A stretch of 64,000 bases of DNA from Chitinophaga pinensis (GTDB lineage Bacteria > Bacteroidota > Bacteroidia > NS11-12g > UBA9320). Of this stretch, positions 1 through 10,099 are shown in pieces (positions within the stretch are counted from its first letter, which is position 1; every line of letters starts with the position of its first letter). The notes below the pieces were generated by a model. The model was given only the letters and a program-made list of their open reading frames with translations, ran no database searches and was not told the origin of the DNA. The stretch is taken from the NCBI GenBank assembly GCA_945897885.1, contig CAMDGU010000005.1:9105-73104 (forward strand). The letters are read 5' to 3'. The position numbers and the translations under genes are program-made.

Positions 1-64
1 GTTCCATTTTTTATTTGATTAGGAATTAGGGGTCTGGAATTAGGAATTTATGAGGTGATTATAT

Positions 65-1363
65 TTATAATTCAATTATTCCTTCCAATACATTTTCCAT
101 CGCCATTCCACGGCTACCTTTTATAAAAATGGCCGTGTCCTTCAAATCTAAGTCTTTTAAAAGTAAATTGATTTCTTTAGCTGTTTCAAAACCATCATTT
201 CCATTTGCCAAAGCTTGTTTTTTAAAGTGTTCACCAGCTACAAACAAATGATTAAAATTTAAAGAGTTTGCATAGTTATAGATTAATTCATGTTCATGTT
301 CTGCATGGTCTCCCATTTCAAACATATCGCCCATTATGGCTATTTTCTTTGGAAAATTAAAACGTGCAAAATTTTCTAAAGCCTTTTCCATACTGCTTGG
401 GTTGGCGTTGTAAGCATCCAAAAAAATCATGGTACTTCCACTGGTAATTATTTGCGAACGCTTGTTTTTAGGTACATAGCTTTCAATTCCCTTTTTTATT
501 AATTCTACAGGAACGCCAGAATATTTCCCAATAGCAACCGCTGCCATTATATTTTCAAAATTATAGGAACCGCTTAGTTGGCTGCTTATAGAAATCGATT
601 GAAACGAAAACTCAATGGTAGGAAAATCTTGAATCAACTCACAATAAGTTTCTGCCAATTTATCCTTACACGAATAGCCATGAACCTTGGTTAATCGGGA
701 TGACATGCGGGAAAGCCAATCATCGTCTTTGTTAACAAATGCTAAGCCATCAGATTTTAATAAATGGTAATACAATTCACTTTCAGCTTTCGCTACTCCT
801 TCAAGGCTTCCAAATCCTTCCAAATGTTCCTTCCCAATGTTTGTTATTAACCCAAAGTCAGGTTCGGCTATTTGACATAATTCTTCAATATCTCCTATTC
901 TATTGGCTCCTAATTCTATCACAGCCATTTCAGTTCCCGGTTTTATACCCAAAATAGTTAATGGAACTCCAATATGGTTATTGAAATTTCCGGGAGTACT
1001 TATGGTTTTAAATTTTTGTGAAAGCACACTATGAACTAGTTCTTTAGTAGTGGTTTTTCCATTGCTCCCTCCTATTCCTATAAACGGTATTTTTAATTGA
1101 TGCCTATGGTAGTTGGCTAAATTTTGAAGGGTTTTTAAACCATCTTCTACCAATATAGTTCCTGAAGGTTTAGTAAATTCAGGATTATCAATTACTGCCC
1201 ATTTAGCCCCTTTTTCTAAAGCTTGTGCAGCAAATGTATTGGCATCAAAGTTTTCACCCTTTAGGGCAAAGAACATGCTGCCCGGTTCAATTTTTCGGGT
1301 GTCGGTGCTTACTGAGTAGTTGCTTTCGGTATAGTATTGGTAAAGTTGTTGGATTGATAGCAT
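65..1363 (-). CDS. murF: UDP-N-acetylmuramoyl-tripeptide--D-alanyl-D-alanine ligase
   Basis: STDTRKI, GSNGKTTTKE P-loop, GNFNNHIGVPLT, DAYNANPSSM and IKGSRG motifs. Confidence 0.96.
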   Translation of the reverse strand: MLSIQQLYQYYTESNYSVSTDTRKIEPGSMFFALKGENFDANTFAAQALEKGAKWAVIDNPEFTKPSGTILVEDGLKTLQNLANYHRHQLKIPFIGIGGSNGKTTTKELVHSVLSQKFKTISTPGNFNNHIGVPLTILGIKPGTEMAVIELGANRIGDIEELCQIAEPDFGLITNIGKEHLEGFGSLEGVAKAESELYYHLLKSDGLAFVNKDDDWLSRMSSRLTKVHGYSCKDKLAETYCELIQDFPTIEFSFQSISISSQLSGSYNFENIMAAVAIGKYSGVPVELIKKGIESYVPKNKRSQIITSGSTMIFLDAYNANPSSMEKALENFARFNFPKKIAIMGDMFEMGDHAEHEHELIYNYANSLNFNHLFVAGEHFKKQALANGNDGFETAKEINLLLKDLDLKDTAIFIKGSRGMAMENVLEGIIEL

Positions 1364-1444
1364 GGTTGGGCAAACTTACATATTTGTTTTTATGATTTAC
1401 TTTAATGCTATGCTATTAATTATTTTTGTTTAGGTTTGCTTTGC

Positions 1445-1897
1445 TTGAAAAATCTTTTCCTTATTTGTTTGTTTTTTATTATGTGTTCTTCTGAATGCCC
1501 TGAGCCAGATCCAGGGTTTGACGAAGAACCGGCAATTCAAATTGTTTTCCATGATGGTAATCAAAATTTTATAACTTCATCATTAAGTGTAAATATTTCT
1601 AAACATTTAGTGATACAAAGTGATTTACCTGGGGTAGATATGAATTCTAACTCAACTAAATATTGGATTTCAAGAGGAACAGAAATAGATTCTTTTGTGA
1701 TAAATTACAAGTTATCGGCTTATCCAACCAATAGAGGAAGAACTTTAATTTCATTTGATTCTTTATACATAAAAGAATCTTCTTTTATCAATGCAGAATT
1801 TGTAAAGGATTTTTGGCCAAGAGATTCATTTATTAATTTTAATAATTACTCTTCATCTACAAATTCTCATTTTCCTGTTTTTTATATTAGAAAATGA
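1445..1897 (+). CDS. hypothetical lipoprotein (possibly DUF6452-like)
   Basis: Hydrophobic N-terminus with Cys (FFIMCSSEC). TTG start at 1445 lies just after TAGGTTTG (1431-1438). ATGA overlap with the next gene. Confidence 0.55.
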   Translation: MKNLFLICLFFIMCSSECPEPDPGFDEEPAIQIVFHDGNQNFITSSLSVNISKHLVIQSDLPGVDMNSNSTKYWISRGTEIDSFVINYKLSAYPTNRGRTLISFDSLYIKESSFINAEFVKDFWPRDSFINFNNYSSSTNSHFPVFYIRK

Positions 1898-2535
1898 AAA
1901 TTAAATTATTTTTTATTTTATTTCTTCTTCCAGTTTTGGTTTTTAGCCAGAAGAAAAATTCATCAGATATAAAAATTTGGACTTTTGCTGGTCTTATGCC
2001 ACTTCAAAAGGGTACGATGTTCTACGGAAAAACATCCATTATTTTGCATGATTTTACAGGTTTTAACCTCCATTTTGGTTCTGGCTTTGCAAATCCTAAT
2101 GCAAACTATTACAACGTTACAAATTACAATGCTCAATCTTCTTTTATTTCAGGTGGAATGTTTTTTAAAACACCCGATAAAAAAGGAAACAAACAACGTA
2201 AATTGGGTTTTATAATGACGGGTTCAATTGTTTTAGGTCAAGGAAAAGAATCAGCCAATTACTATTTTAAAGGAAATGATTTTAATTATTATACTTCAAA
2301 AGAAAGATATTCTCAAAAATATGATTTTTCGTATTTGCAACTTACATTAGGATTTACCTATTTTATAAAAGAAAAATGGAAATTAGAAATTGGTTCATAC
2401 ATTGGATTGGGCGATGCAAAGAATCGCGTTGGTAAGCAATATTTTAGTGTAGAACCTAATTATGTATATGCGTATCATGGAATTGGAGGCAATATAGGTG
2501 TAGGTTATTTACTTTGGAAACCAAAATCAATTTAG
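1894..2535 (+). CDS. hypothetical outer-membrane beta-barrel protein
   Basis: Signal peptide, alternating aromatic/Gly beta-strands, terminal GIGGNIGVGYLLW strand. Confidence 0.6.
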   Translation: MKIKLFFILFLLPVLVFSQKKNSSDIKIWTFAGLMPLQKGTMFYGKTSIILHDFTGFNLHFGSGFANPNANYYNVTNYNAQSSFISGGMFFKTPDKKGNKQRKLGFIMTGSIVLGQGKESANYYFKGNDFNYYTSKERYSQKYDFSYLQLTLGFTYFIKEKWKLEIGSYIGLGDAKNRVGKQYFSVEPNYVYAYHGIGGNIGVGYLLWKPKSI

Positions 2536-2562
2536 ATATTTTTTTTTCTTTAATTTCACGGC

Positions 2563-5500
2563 ATGCATAAACAGTGCCTTCTCGCAGTCTTTTCGTTTAT
2601 TTTTTATACTTCTCAAGCACAGGTTTTTGAACCTGAAAGTGCTTTAGCGGCCTACCAAAGTGAAGATAATAATTTGTATTGGAAAAATCGCAAACCTTTT
2701 CCGGGCTACTGGCAGCAGGACGTTTCCTACCATATCAAGGCAAGATTAAACGATACTACAGAGGTAATAACCGGAAGTGAAACCTTGGAATATGCCAACA
2801 ATTCGCCCGATACCATTTACAAATTGTATTTCCGTTTAACCCAAAATGCGTTTCAACCGGGAAGCTATAAGGATGAGATGGAAAAAGGCGGAAAAGTGTT
2901 TAATAAATTTGGGAAATATGAACAAGAAAAATTAGGAACCAAAGTTTCAAAAGTAATAATTGCAGGTACGGAAGTACCTTTTGTTGTGGATAACACCATT
3001 ATGATAATTGATTTACCAACCCCATTGTTTCCCGGTAAAACCATGAAACTGGAGGTGGATTTTAAAACCTATTTTGATCAGGGAACGATGGGCCGCCGCA
3101 TGAAACGGTTTGAACACAATAATTTTAAGCATTTTGACGGCGTGCATTGGTATCCTAGGCTTTCCGTTTATGATAGAAAATTTAAATGGACTACAGACCA
3201 GCATTTAGGGAAAGAATTTTATGGCGATTACGGCATTTTTTATGTAGAGTTAGAATTGCCAAACCACTATATCTGCGAAGCTACAGGGGTTTTAACCAAT
3301 AGCGGTGAAGTTTATGCCAATGGCCTTCGAGAAAAAATAGATATAAAAAATTTTACTACCCCATCAAAATATATAACTCAACCTGTAAATCCTGATGGAA
3401 CTTACAAACGCTGGGTGTGGATGGCCAATAATGTTCATGATTTTGCATTTACTACCGACCCTACTTACCGAATTGGTGAAGTAGAATGGAATGGTATAAA
3501 ATGCATTGCTTTAGCACAAGAGCAAAACGCACATGCCTGGCAACCTACAGCTAAGTTTGTGGCCAATGTGGTAAAAACCTATTCACAGGATTTTGGGATG
3601 TATGCTTACCCAAAAATGGTAGCTGCCGATGCCCGTGATGGCATGGAATACCCAATGCTTACGCTTGATGGCGGCAATTGGCCAGGACATCAATATGTGA
3701 TAGCGCATGAGGTTGGTCATAACTGGTTTTTTGGAATGGTAGGTAATAATGAAACCTACCGGGCTTGCATGGATGAAGGATTTACACAGTTTCTTACAGC
3801 CTGGAGCATTAAAAAATTGGCAAATAAAGATTACACACCCAATACTGTAGATGGGGCTTATGTGTATGCCGGTTATATCAACCACGCCATTAATGAAAAT
3901 ACCGCAAGGTTAAATACCCACTCCGACCATTTTAATTCAGCCGAAAGGCATGGTGGAGGCTATGGGCAAGTGTATTATAAAACAGCTACCATGTTGTATA
4001 ATTTGCAATATGTTTTGGGTGATAAACTGTTTTTGGATGCCATGAAAAACTATTTTAACCAATGGAAATTTTGCCATCCTTATGAAGAAGATTTTCGCCA
4101 ATCTATTATTGACTATACCAAGGTAGATTTGAACTGGTTTTTTGATCAATGGTTCACCACTACAAAAACCATAGACTACAAAGTAACAAGTGTGAAAAAA
4201 GTTGGGAATTCAAAATACGATTATTTAGTAACCTTTAAGCGAAAAGGTGATATGCAAATGCCATTAGATATTACCGTTATTGATAAAAAAGGAAAACGAC
4301 TGAATTATATAATACCAAACACATACTTTAATAAAAAGGCGGGCAATGCAATGGTATGGAGCCCTTGGATATCGTGGGATTTAATGAATAAAAAATATAC
4401 TTTGGAGGTTCAGTCCATTAATGGAATAAAAGATGTAATAATTGACACAAGCGGCCGATTGGCTGATATTAATCGTTTAAACAATAGCTTAAAGTTGCCT
4501 AAAAGTTTTGAGCGGGAAAAATTAACCATTCCTGCTGCAGATTTTAATAAACTTAAGAACTATTGGCGGCCTGAACTTTGGTGGAATGAAGTAGATGGAA
4601 TTAAACTTGGGTTAAATTTCTCTGGAAACTATTATAACTTCAAACATATTTATAGTGGTACGGTTTGGTACAATTCTAATTTAGGAAATGAAAGCACAAG
4701 GAAAATATACAAAAAATATACTCCAATAAATTTTGCCTTAAATTATAAAAATCGAGTTGGCAAAATGTTAGATTTTTCTGCAAGAACAAAATATTTGGAA
4801 GGAATTAGTTTAATTGAAACAGGTTTAGAAAAGGCTATTAGAAACGACAAATGGTCTATTTCTTATAAATTATTTGGCAATACAGCACCATTTTTTACCA
4901 AATTAAATAATGAATTGCCGTCTGTTGCTAATAATTATTTTCTTTACCAACAATATTTTGATTACAATAAACTAAATGCCACCTTAAACCTCTCCTATCA
5001 GCATCCTTTCCGCTACAAACTTGGAAACGGTTTATTAAATATTGGATTAAGAAACACAGCACTTTTTAGTGATTTTAACTATTCTGGCTTAACTTTTAAA
5101 ATTAATAATACGAACCCAATTGGTAAAAAGCTGATTTTAAAAAGTAGACTATTCACTCAATACCTTCATGGCGATGTGCCCAAAGAAAGCAGTTTATTTG
5201 CCGCCGGAGCCAACAATGAAGAACTGATTGAAAATAAATTTACCCGTTCAAGAGGGTTTGTTCATCAAGATTGGGTAGGTTATGGCAATACAGGTCAATA
5301 TGCATTTCAAATGGGTGGAGGGTTAAATATTAGAGGCATGGCAGGTTATGCAGCTACTAATAGCAAAGGCGTTGACAGTTTTTATATTTATAATGGAAAC
5401 AAAGGAGCTGCTATAAATTTGGAGTTGGAATTTGGAAAACTCTTTAAAATTAATACTCCAAAAATTTTAAATAACTTTCGTTTCAATCCTTATGTATTTG

Positions 5501-5712
5501 CCGATGCCGGTATTTTAGGAAATGGCAGACAATACAGCGGATTGCGTGCTGATGCCGGTTTAGGAACAACGTTGGCTATTAATTTTGGAAAGTACAACAA
5601 ACTGCAACCATTGGTTTTGCGTTTTGATGTTCCATTCTTTTTAAACAGAGTAGAAACCGGAGCCAATTATGTGGCGTTTAGGTATGTCGTTGGGATTAAT
5701 AGGGCGTTTTAA
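2563..5712 (+). CDS. M1-family zinc aminopeptidase with C-terminal beta-barrel-like extension
   Basis: Signal peptide, GMEYP, HEVGH...DEG zinc motif, VYYK, C-terminal RYVVGINRAF. Confidence 0.88.
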   Translation: MHKQCLLAVFSFIFYTSQAQVFEPESALAAYQSEDNNLYWKNRKPFPGYWQQDVSYHIKARLNDTTEVITGSETLEYANNSPDTIYKLYFRLTQNAFQPGSYKDEMEKGGKVFNKFGKYEQEKLGTKVSKVIIAGTEVPFVVDNTIMIIDLPTPLFPGKTMKLEVDFKTYFDQGTMGRRMKRFEHNNFKHFDGVHWYPRLSVYDRKFKWTTDQHLGKEFYGDYGIFYVELELPNHYICEATGVLTNSGEVYANGLREKIDIKNFTTPSKYITQPVNPDGTYKRWVWMANNVHDFAFTTDPTYRIGEVEWNGIKCIALAQEQNAHAWQPTAKFVANVVKTYSQDFGMYAYPKMVAADARDGMEYPMLTLDGGNWPGHQYVIAHEVGHNWFFGMVGNNETYRACMDEGFTQFLTAWSIKKLANKDYTPNTVDGAYVYAGYINHAINENTARLNTHSDHFNSAERHGGGYGQVYYKTATMLYNLQYVLGDKLFLDAMKNYFNQWKFCHPYEEDFRQSIIDYTKVDLNWFFDQWFTTTKTIDYKVTSVKKVGNSKYDYLVTFKRKGDMQMPLDITVIDKKGKRLNYIIPNTYFNKKAGNAMVWSPWISWDLMNKKYTLEVQSINGIKDVIIDTSGRLADINRLNNSLKLPKSFEREKLTIPAADFNKLKNYWRPELWWNEVDGIKLGLNFSGNYYNFKHIYSGTVWYNSNLGNESTRKIYKKYTPINFALNYKNRVGKMLDFSARTKYLEGISLIETGLEKAIRNDKWSISYKLFGNTAPFFTKLNNELPSVANNYFLYQQYFDYNKLNATLNLSYQHPFRYKLGNGLLNIGLRNTALFSDFNYSGLTFKINNTNPIGKKLILKSRLFTQYLHGDVPKESSLFAAGANNEELIENKFTRSRGFVHQDWVGYGNTGQYAFQMGGGLNIRGMAGYAATNSKGVDSFYIYNGNKGAAINLELEFGKLFKINTPKILNNFRFNPYVFADAGILGNGRQYSGLRADAGLGTTLAINFGKYNKLQPLVLRFDVPFFLNRVETGANYVAFRYVVGINRAF

Positions 5713-5760
5713 TGCAATTTTGAAATTTGAAGATTTGGAGATTTAAAATGGGCTACGACT

Positions 5761-5822
5761 TGTCATTCCGAGGAATAAGGAATCTCTGCTCTGAATAAGA
5801 TGCTTCGTGCCTCAGCATGAAA
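5761..5822. repeat. REP-like paired palindromic element (family A)
   Basis: TGTCATTCCGAGGAATAAGGAATCT...AGATGCTTCGTGCCTCAGCATGA; its arms are near reverse complements of those at 52594-52655. Confidence 0.85.
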
Positions 5823-5842
5823 AAAATGAATAATAAACGAAA

Positions 5843-6505
5843 GTGGAAATAATTAAAGCATTAGATATAAAGAAAAACTATGGAACTATCCAAGTTCTTA
5901 AAGGAATCAATCTGCAAATAAATGCAGGTGAAATAGTAGCTATTGTTGGCTCATCCGGAGCAGGGAAAACAACATTGTTGCAGCTATTAGGAACCTTAGA
6001 CCAACCCACCAGCGGCCAAATCTTTTTTGAAGGAAAAGATATTTCAAATTTAAAAGGAAATACTTTATCCGATTTTAGAAATCATCATATTGGTTTTGTA
6101 TTTCAGTTTCACCATTTACTGCCTGAATTTTCGGCTTTGGAAAACGTGTGCATCCCAGCATGGATTGGTAAAGCCGATAGAAAAGCAACGGAAGAAAGAG
6201 CTTTGGAATTATTAACCTTTTTGGGAGTTGACCATCGCAAGGATAATAAACCCTCTCAACTCTCGGGTGGTGAAGCCCAACGGGTGGCTGTAGCCCGTTC
6301 TTTAATCAATTCCCCCAAAGTGGTTTTTGCGGATGAACCCACCGGAAATTTAGATTCGGCTAACGCCAAAGAACTACATAAACTCTTTTTTGAACTCCGT
6401 GAAAAATACGGACAAACCTTTGTCATCGTTACCCATAATGAAGAACTTGCTAATTCTGCCGATAGGATAATTCATATTGCGGATGGGGTGATTGTGCAAA
6501 ATTAA
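5843..6505 (+). CDS. lolD: ABC transporter ATP-binding protein, LolD-like
   Basis: [36 protein letters not shown]. Confidence 0.8.
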   Translation: MEIIKALDIKKNYGTIQVLKGINLQINAGEIVAIVGSSGAGKTTLLQLLGTLDQPTSGQIFFEGKDISNLKGNTLSDFRNHHIGFVFQFHHLLPEFSALENVCIPAWIGKADRKATEERALELLTFLGVDHRKDNKPSQLSGGEAQRVAVARSLINSPKVVFADEPTGNLDSANAKELHKLFFELREKYGQTFVIVTHNEELANSADRIIHIADGVIVQN

Positions 6506-6532
6506 TTGATGTTGCTTTAAAGCAACGGCAAT
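6505..6532. repeat. palindrome (family B)
   Basis: ATTGATGTTGCTTT-AAAGCAACGGCAAT, related to 7697-7722. Confidence 0.7.
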
Positions 6533-6540
6533 AATTTGGA

Positions 6541-6548
6541 TAAATTTG
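6541..6548 (+). promoter_or_regulatory. Bacteroidota -7 promoter element
   Basis: TAAATTTG matches TAnnTTTG, 4 nt before ATG 6553. Confidence 0.7.
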
Positions 6549-6552
6549 CATC

Positions 6553-7689
6553 ATGCAATTTGCCACCAAAGTATTACATGCCGGAGTGCATCCCGACCCG
6601 GAAACAGGAGCTATCATGACCCCTATTTATCAAACTTCCACTTATGTTCAAAGAAGTCCGGGTGACCATGACGGTTACGAATATTCAAGAACTCATAACC
6701 CTACTAGAACCCAGTTACAAGATAATTTAGCTGCCCTTGAAAACGGAAATTGGGGCCTATGTTTCAGCAGCGGAATGGGCGCTATTGATACAATTGCAAA
6801 GCTATTAAAACCTGGTGATGAAGTTATTTCTACCAATGATTTGTATGGTGGTTCCTACCGCATTTTTACAAAGGTTTTTGAAAATTATGGTATAAAATTT
6901 CATTTCACTGATTTGGGCAACGCAGAGAATTTTGCGAAGCTTATAAATCCAAATACTAAAATGGTTTGGATGGAAACTCCAACTAACCCAATGCTTACGA
7001 TTATTGATATTGAAGCCATAACCAAGGTAGCTAAAGCCAACAATATTCTTTCAGTGGTTGACAATACCTTTGCTTCGCCTTATTTGCAAAACCCTTTGGA
7101 TTTGGGAGCAGATTTGGTAATGCATAGCGTTACAAAATATATCAACGGACACTCAGATGTGGTAATGGGTGCTGTAGTTGTAAGAGATGAATTACTGTAT
7201 GAAAAATTGGCGTTTTTGCAAAATTCATGCGGGGCTGTTCCCGGGCCACAAGATTGTTTTTTAGTGTTAAGAGGAATCAAAACCCTGCATTTGAGAATGG
7301 AACGCCATTGTGAAAATGGGCGAAAAATAGCCGAATTTTTAAGAAGCCACCCTAAGGTAGATAAAGTGTATTGGCCAGGTTTTACAGATCACGCCAACCA
7401 TGACATTGCAAAAAAACAAATGAAAGATTTTGGGGGTATGATGTCGTTTACGCTAAAAAGTGATTCGATTGCTGATGCACATAAATTTTTATCCAATACT
7501 CACCTATTTTCGTTAGCCGAATCGTTAGGCGGTGTTGAATCGCTTTGCGGCCACCCTGCCAGTATGACCCATGCTTCTATCCCTCGTGAAGAACGTTTAA
7601 AATCCGGACTTGTAGATTCTCTAATCCGTTTAAGTGTTGGTATTGAAGATGTGAATGATTTAATTGAGGATATAAACAACGCGCTTTAA
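6553..7689 (+). CDS. metB: cystathionine gamma-synthase/gamma-lyase (PLP-dependent)
   Basis: PIYQTSTY, YSRTHNPT, ETPTNP, DNTFASP, SVTKYINGHSD (PLP lysine), AESLGGVESL. Confidence 0.85.
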   Translation: MQFATKVLHAGVHPDPETGAIMTPIYQTSTYVQRSPGDHDGYEYSRTHNPTRTQLQDNLAALENGNWGLCFSSGMGAIDTIAKLLKPGDEVISTNDLYGGSYRIFTKVFENYGIKFHFTDLGNAENFAKLINPNTKMVWMETPTNPMLTIIDIEAITKVAKANNILSVVDNTFASPYLQNPLDLGADLVMHSVTKYINGHSDVVMGAVVVRDELLYEKLAFLQNSCGAVPGPQDCFLVLRGIKTLHLRMERHCENGRKIAEFLRSHPKVDKVYWPGFTDHANHDIAKKQMKDFGGMMSFTLKSDSIADAHKFLSNTHLFSLAESLGGVESLCGHPASMTHASIPREERLKSGLVDSLIRLSVGIEDVNDLIEDINNAL

Positions 7690-7696
7690 CCATCCA

Positions 7697-7722
7697 TTGC
7701 CGTCACTTTAAAGTGACGGCAA
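7697..7722. repeat. perfect 26-bp palindrome (family B)
   Basis: TTGCCGTCACTTT-AAAGTGACGGCAA. Confidence 0.8.
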
Positions 7723-7738
7723 GAAATATTCATAAATA

Positions 7739-8407
7739 GTGGTATTATTAGCCATAGCTGCAGCCCCTGTTCTTTATCTCATCTTTTGGTTTTACCACAA
7801 GGATAAATTTGATAAGGAACCTTTAAGAATGTTGTTTTTTGCATTTTTTGGAGGCTGTGTCAGTATTTTTCCGGCTATTCTATTTGAAGGATTATGGCAA
7901 CATTATGGGTTTACTCAAGAAGGTAGCAATTTATATTTGGCGTTTTATGCCTATATCGTGGTTGGCTTTAGTGAGGAAATAGGTAAGTTCTTTTTTGTAA
8001 GGCGAATCATGAAAAAATCCTATGTGGATGAACCTTATGATGGGATTCTTTACAGTGTGATGGTTTCGCTAGGTTTTGCCTTTATTGAAAATATTTTTTA
8101 TGTATTTGAGCATGGTTCGGGTGTTGGAATAATGAGAGCTTTTACTGCCGTTCCGGCTCATACCACCTTTGCAGCTGTTATGGGATATTTTTTGGCAAAA
8201 GCCAAATTTAATGGCAATCACACGTTTAATACATGGCTAGGTATTGGTGGCGCTGTTGTTTTGCACGGTTCTTATGACTATTTTTTATTTATAAATAATA
8301 TTCCCTTAATTCAATTAGGAGCTATTGTTTCCTTAATTTTAGGAGTTTGGTTAACCCGAAAGGCTATTAAAATTCATAATGATAGTTCGCCGTTTCGAAA
8401 TCTATGA
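7739..8407 (+). CDS. PrsW-family intramembrane metalloprotease
   Basis: DKFDKEP, EEIGK, GFAFIEN, PAH and LHGSYD motifs; multiple TM helices. Confidence 0.9.
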   Translation: MVLLAIAAAPVLYLIFWFYHKDKFDKEPLRMLFFAFFGGCVSIFPAILFEGLWQHYGFTQEGSNLYLAFYAYIVVGFSEEIGKFFFVRRIMKKSYVDEPYDGILYSVMVSLGFAFIENIFYVFEHGSGVGIMRAFTAVPAHTTFAAVMGYFLAKAKFNGNHTFNTWLGIGGAVVLHGSYDYFLFINNIPLIQLGAIVSLILGVWLTRKAIKIHNDSSPFRNL

Positions 8408-9174
8408 AAACGACCGAATTGAAAGAATTGTTGGATGAAAAGGTAGCAAAATATAATCATCCATCGTTTTTGCAAAATGACCCTTTAGGCATACCGCATA
8501 GGTTTTCATTAAAACAAGATATTGAAATATCAGGATTCTTTGCAGCCATTTTGGCTTGGGGAAATAGGAAATCTATTATTAATAATTGCAACAGGTTGAT
8601 GCATTTAATGGACGAAAAACCTTATGATTTTATAACCAACCACTCTCCTATTGAACTTAAAAAGTTTGAAACTTTTGTTCATAGAACATTTAATAGCACC
8701 GATTTACTTTTTATTATTGAAGCTTTTAAGGGGTTTTATAAAGAACATAATTCCTTGGAATGCTTATTTATTCCGAAATTGGGTGATAAAACCGTTAAAT
8801 CAGGGTTAGAAAATTTTCATACGTCGTGTTTTAATTTGTCGTATGCACCTTTACGCAGCAAAAAGCATATTGCCACGCCAATCAAAAAATCTGCTTGTAA
8901 GCGTTTGAATATGTATTTGCGCTGGATGGTGAGGGACGATGCTAAGGGTGTTGATTTTGGAATTTGGAAATCCATAAAGCCTTCCCAATTAATTTGCCCT
9001 TTGGATGTGCACGTGCTTAGAGTGGCCAACAGTTTGGAATTGCTACAGTCTGAGAAAAGCAATTGGGAAACAGCTGAACTGTTAACCTCAGAACTTCGTA
9101 AATTTGATAAAAGTGATCCTGTTAAGTATGACTTTGCCTTATTCGGAATGGGCTTGGAGGGATTTGGCAAATAA
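8404..9174 (+). CDS. TIGR02757/DUF2400 family protein
   Basis: AWGNRK, SACKRLNMYLRWMVR, CPLDVH, DPVKYDFALFG. Confidence 0.9.
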   Translation: MKTTELKELLDEKVAKYNHPSFLQNDPLGIPHRFSLKQDIEISGFFAAILAWGNRKSIINNCNRLMHLMDEKPYDFITNHSPIELKKFETFVHRTFNSTDLLFIIEAFKGFYKEHNSLECLFIPKLGDKTVKSGLENFHTSCFNLSYAPLRSKKHIATPIKKSACKRLNMYLRWMVRDDAKGVDFGIWKSIKPSQLICPLDVHVLRVANSLELLQSEKSNWETAELLTSELRKFDKSDPVKYDFALFGMGLEGFGK

Positions 9175-9188
9175 GGAAAACAAGGTGG

Positions 9189-9280
9189 CACTGAGAAAAC
9201 AGAGTTTCACGGAGGAAATAGTTTCAATTTTAGAAAATTAATTAACTCAATTTTTCTCTGTGTTCTCTGTGCCTCCGTGG
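9189..9280. repeat. inverted nonamer-type repeat array (CACxGAG / CTCxGTG)
   Basis: cactgag-aacagag-cacggag (9189-9214) facing ctctgtg-ctctgtg-ctccgtg (9256-9280). Confidence 0.7.
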
Positions 9281-9289
9281 TAAAACATT

Positions 9290-9297
9290 TACTTTTG
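9290..9297 (+). promoter_or_regulatory. Bacteroidota -7 promoter element
   Basis: TACTTTTG, 4 nt before kdsB ATG. Confidence 0.7.
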
Positions 9298-9301
9298 CAA
9301 T

Positions 9302-10042
9302 ATGAATACAGCCGCCATAATCCCTGCTCGTTTTGCCTCTACTCGTTTTCCGGGTAAACCATTAGCCCTAATTAACGGCGTAAGTATGATTCAACGGGTT
9401 TATGACCAAGCCTGTTCTAGTGGATTAGATTATGTAGCTGTGGCAACGGATGACAGCCGTATTTACGACCATGTGAAATCATTTGGTGGCGAAGTAATTA
9501 TGACTTCTGAAAATTGCATAAACGGCACTGAACGAATAGCCGAAGCCTTGGCCCATTTGGATTCCAAGCCGGATATCATTATTAACATACAAGGGGATGA
9601 ACCGTTTATTTTACCCCAACAAATTAACTTAGTAATAAAAGCCTTGCAAGATCCGGGAACGGGAATAGCTACTTTAAAAAAACAAATTGATTCAGCTCTA
9701 GAATTAAATGACCCAAATGTTGTTAAAGTAGTTTCAGACAGGGATGATTTTGCACTATACTTTAGTCGAAGCCCTATTCCTTACAAGCGTGATTATAAAG
9801 AAACATGGCCCGATTTTCCGGTTTATTTTAAGCATTTGGGTGTGTATGGTTACAAAACAAATATTCTGATGGATATAGTTAGACTTCCTGAAACACCTTT
9901 ACAAAAAATGGAAAGTTTGGAACAATTATGCTGGCTTGAGAATGGATTTTTGATAAAAGTTTTAGAAACCGATTTTCAGAGCATTGCTATTGATACACCT
10001 GAAGACCTGGATAAAGCAAAACAATGGTTGACAAAAAAATAA
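9302..10042 (+). CDS. kdsB: 3-deoxy-manno-octulosonate cytidylyltransferase
   Basis: IIPARFASTRFPGKPL, NIQGDEP, LYFSRSPIP, ESLEQL. Confidence 0.95.
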   Translation: MNTAAIIPARFASTRFPGKPLALINGVSMIQRVYDQACSSGLDYVAVATDDSRIYDHVKSFGGEVIMTSENCINGTERIAEALAHLDSKPDIIINIQGDEPFILPQQINLVIKALQDPGTGIATLKKQIDSALELNDPNVVKVVSDRDDFALYFSRSPIPYKRDYKETWPDFPVYFKHLGVYGYKTNILMDIVRLPETPLQKMESLEQLCWLENGFLIKVLETDFQSIAIDTPEDLDKAKQWLTKK

Positions 10043-10099
10043 CAATTAGTATGAAACAATTTTTTGTTAAGGCCGTTAAATTTGCAAAATATAAAATTT

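Noticed and set aside
1..7. Possible start codon of a minus-strand gene downstream of murF
   Set aside because: Only two codons lie within the window, so it cannot be supported.
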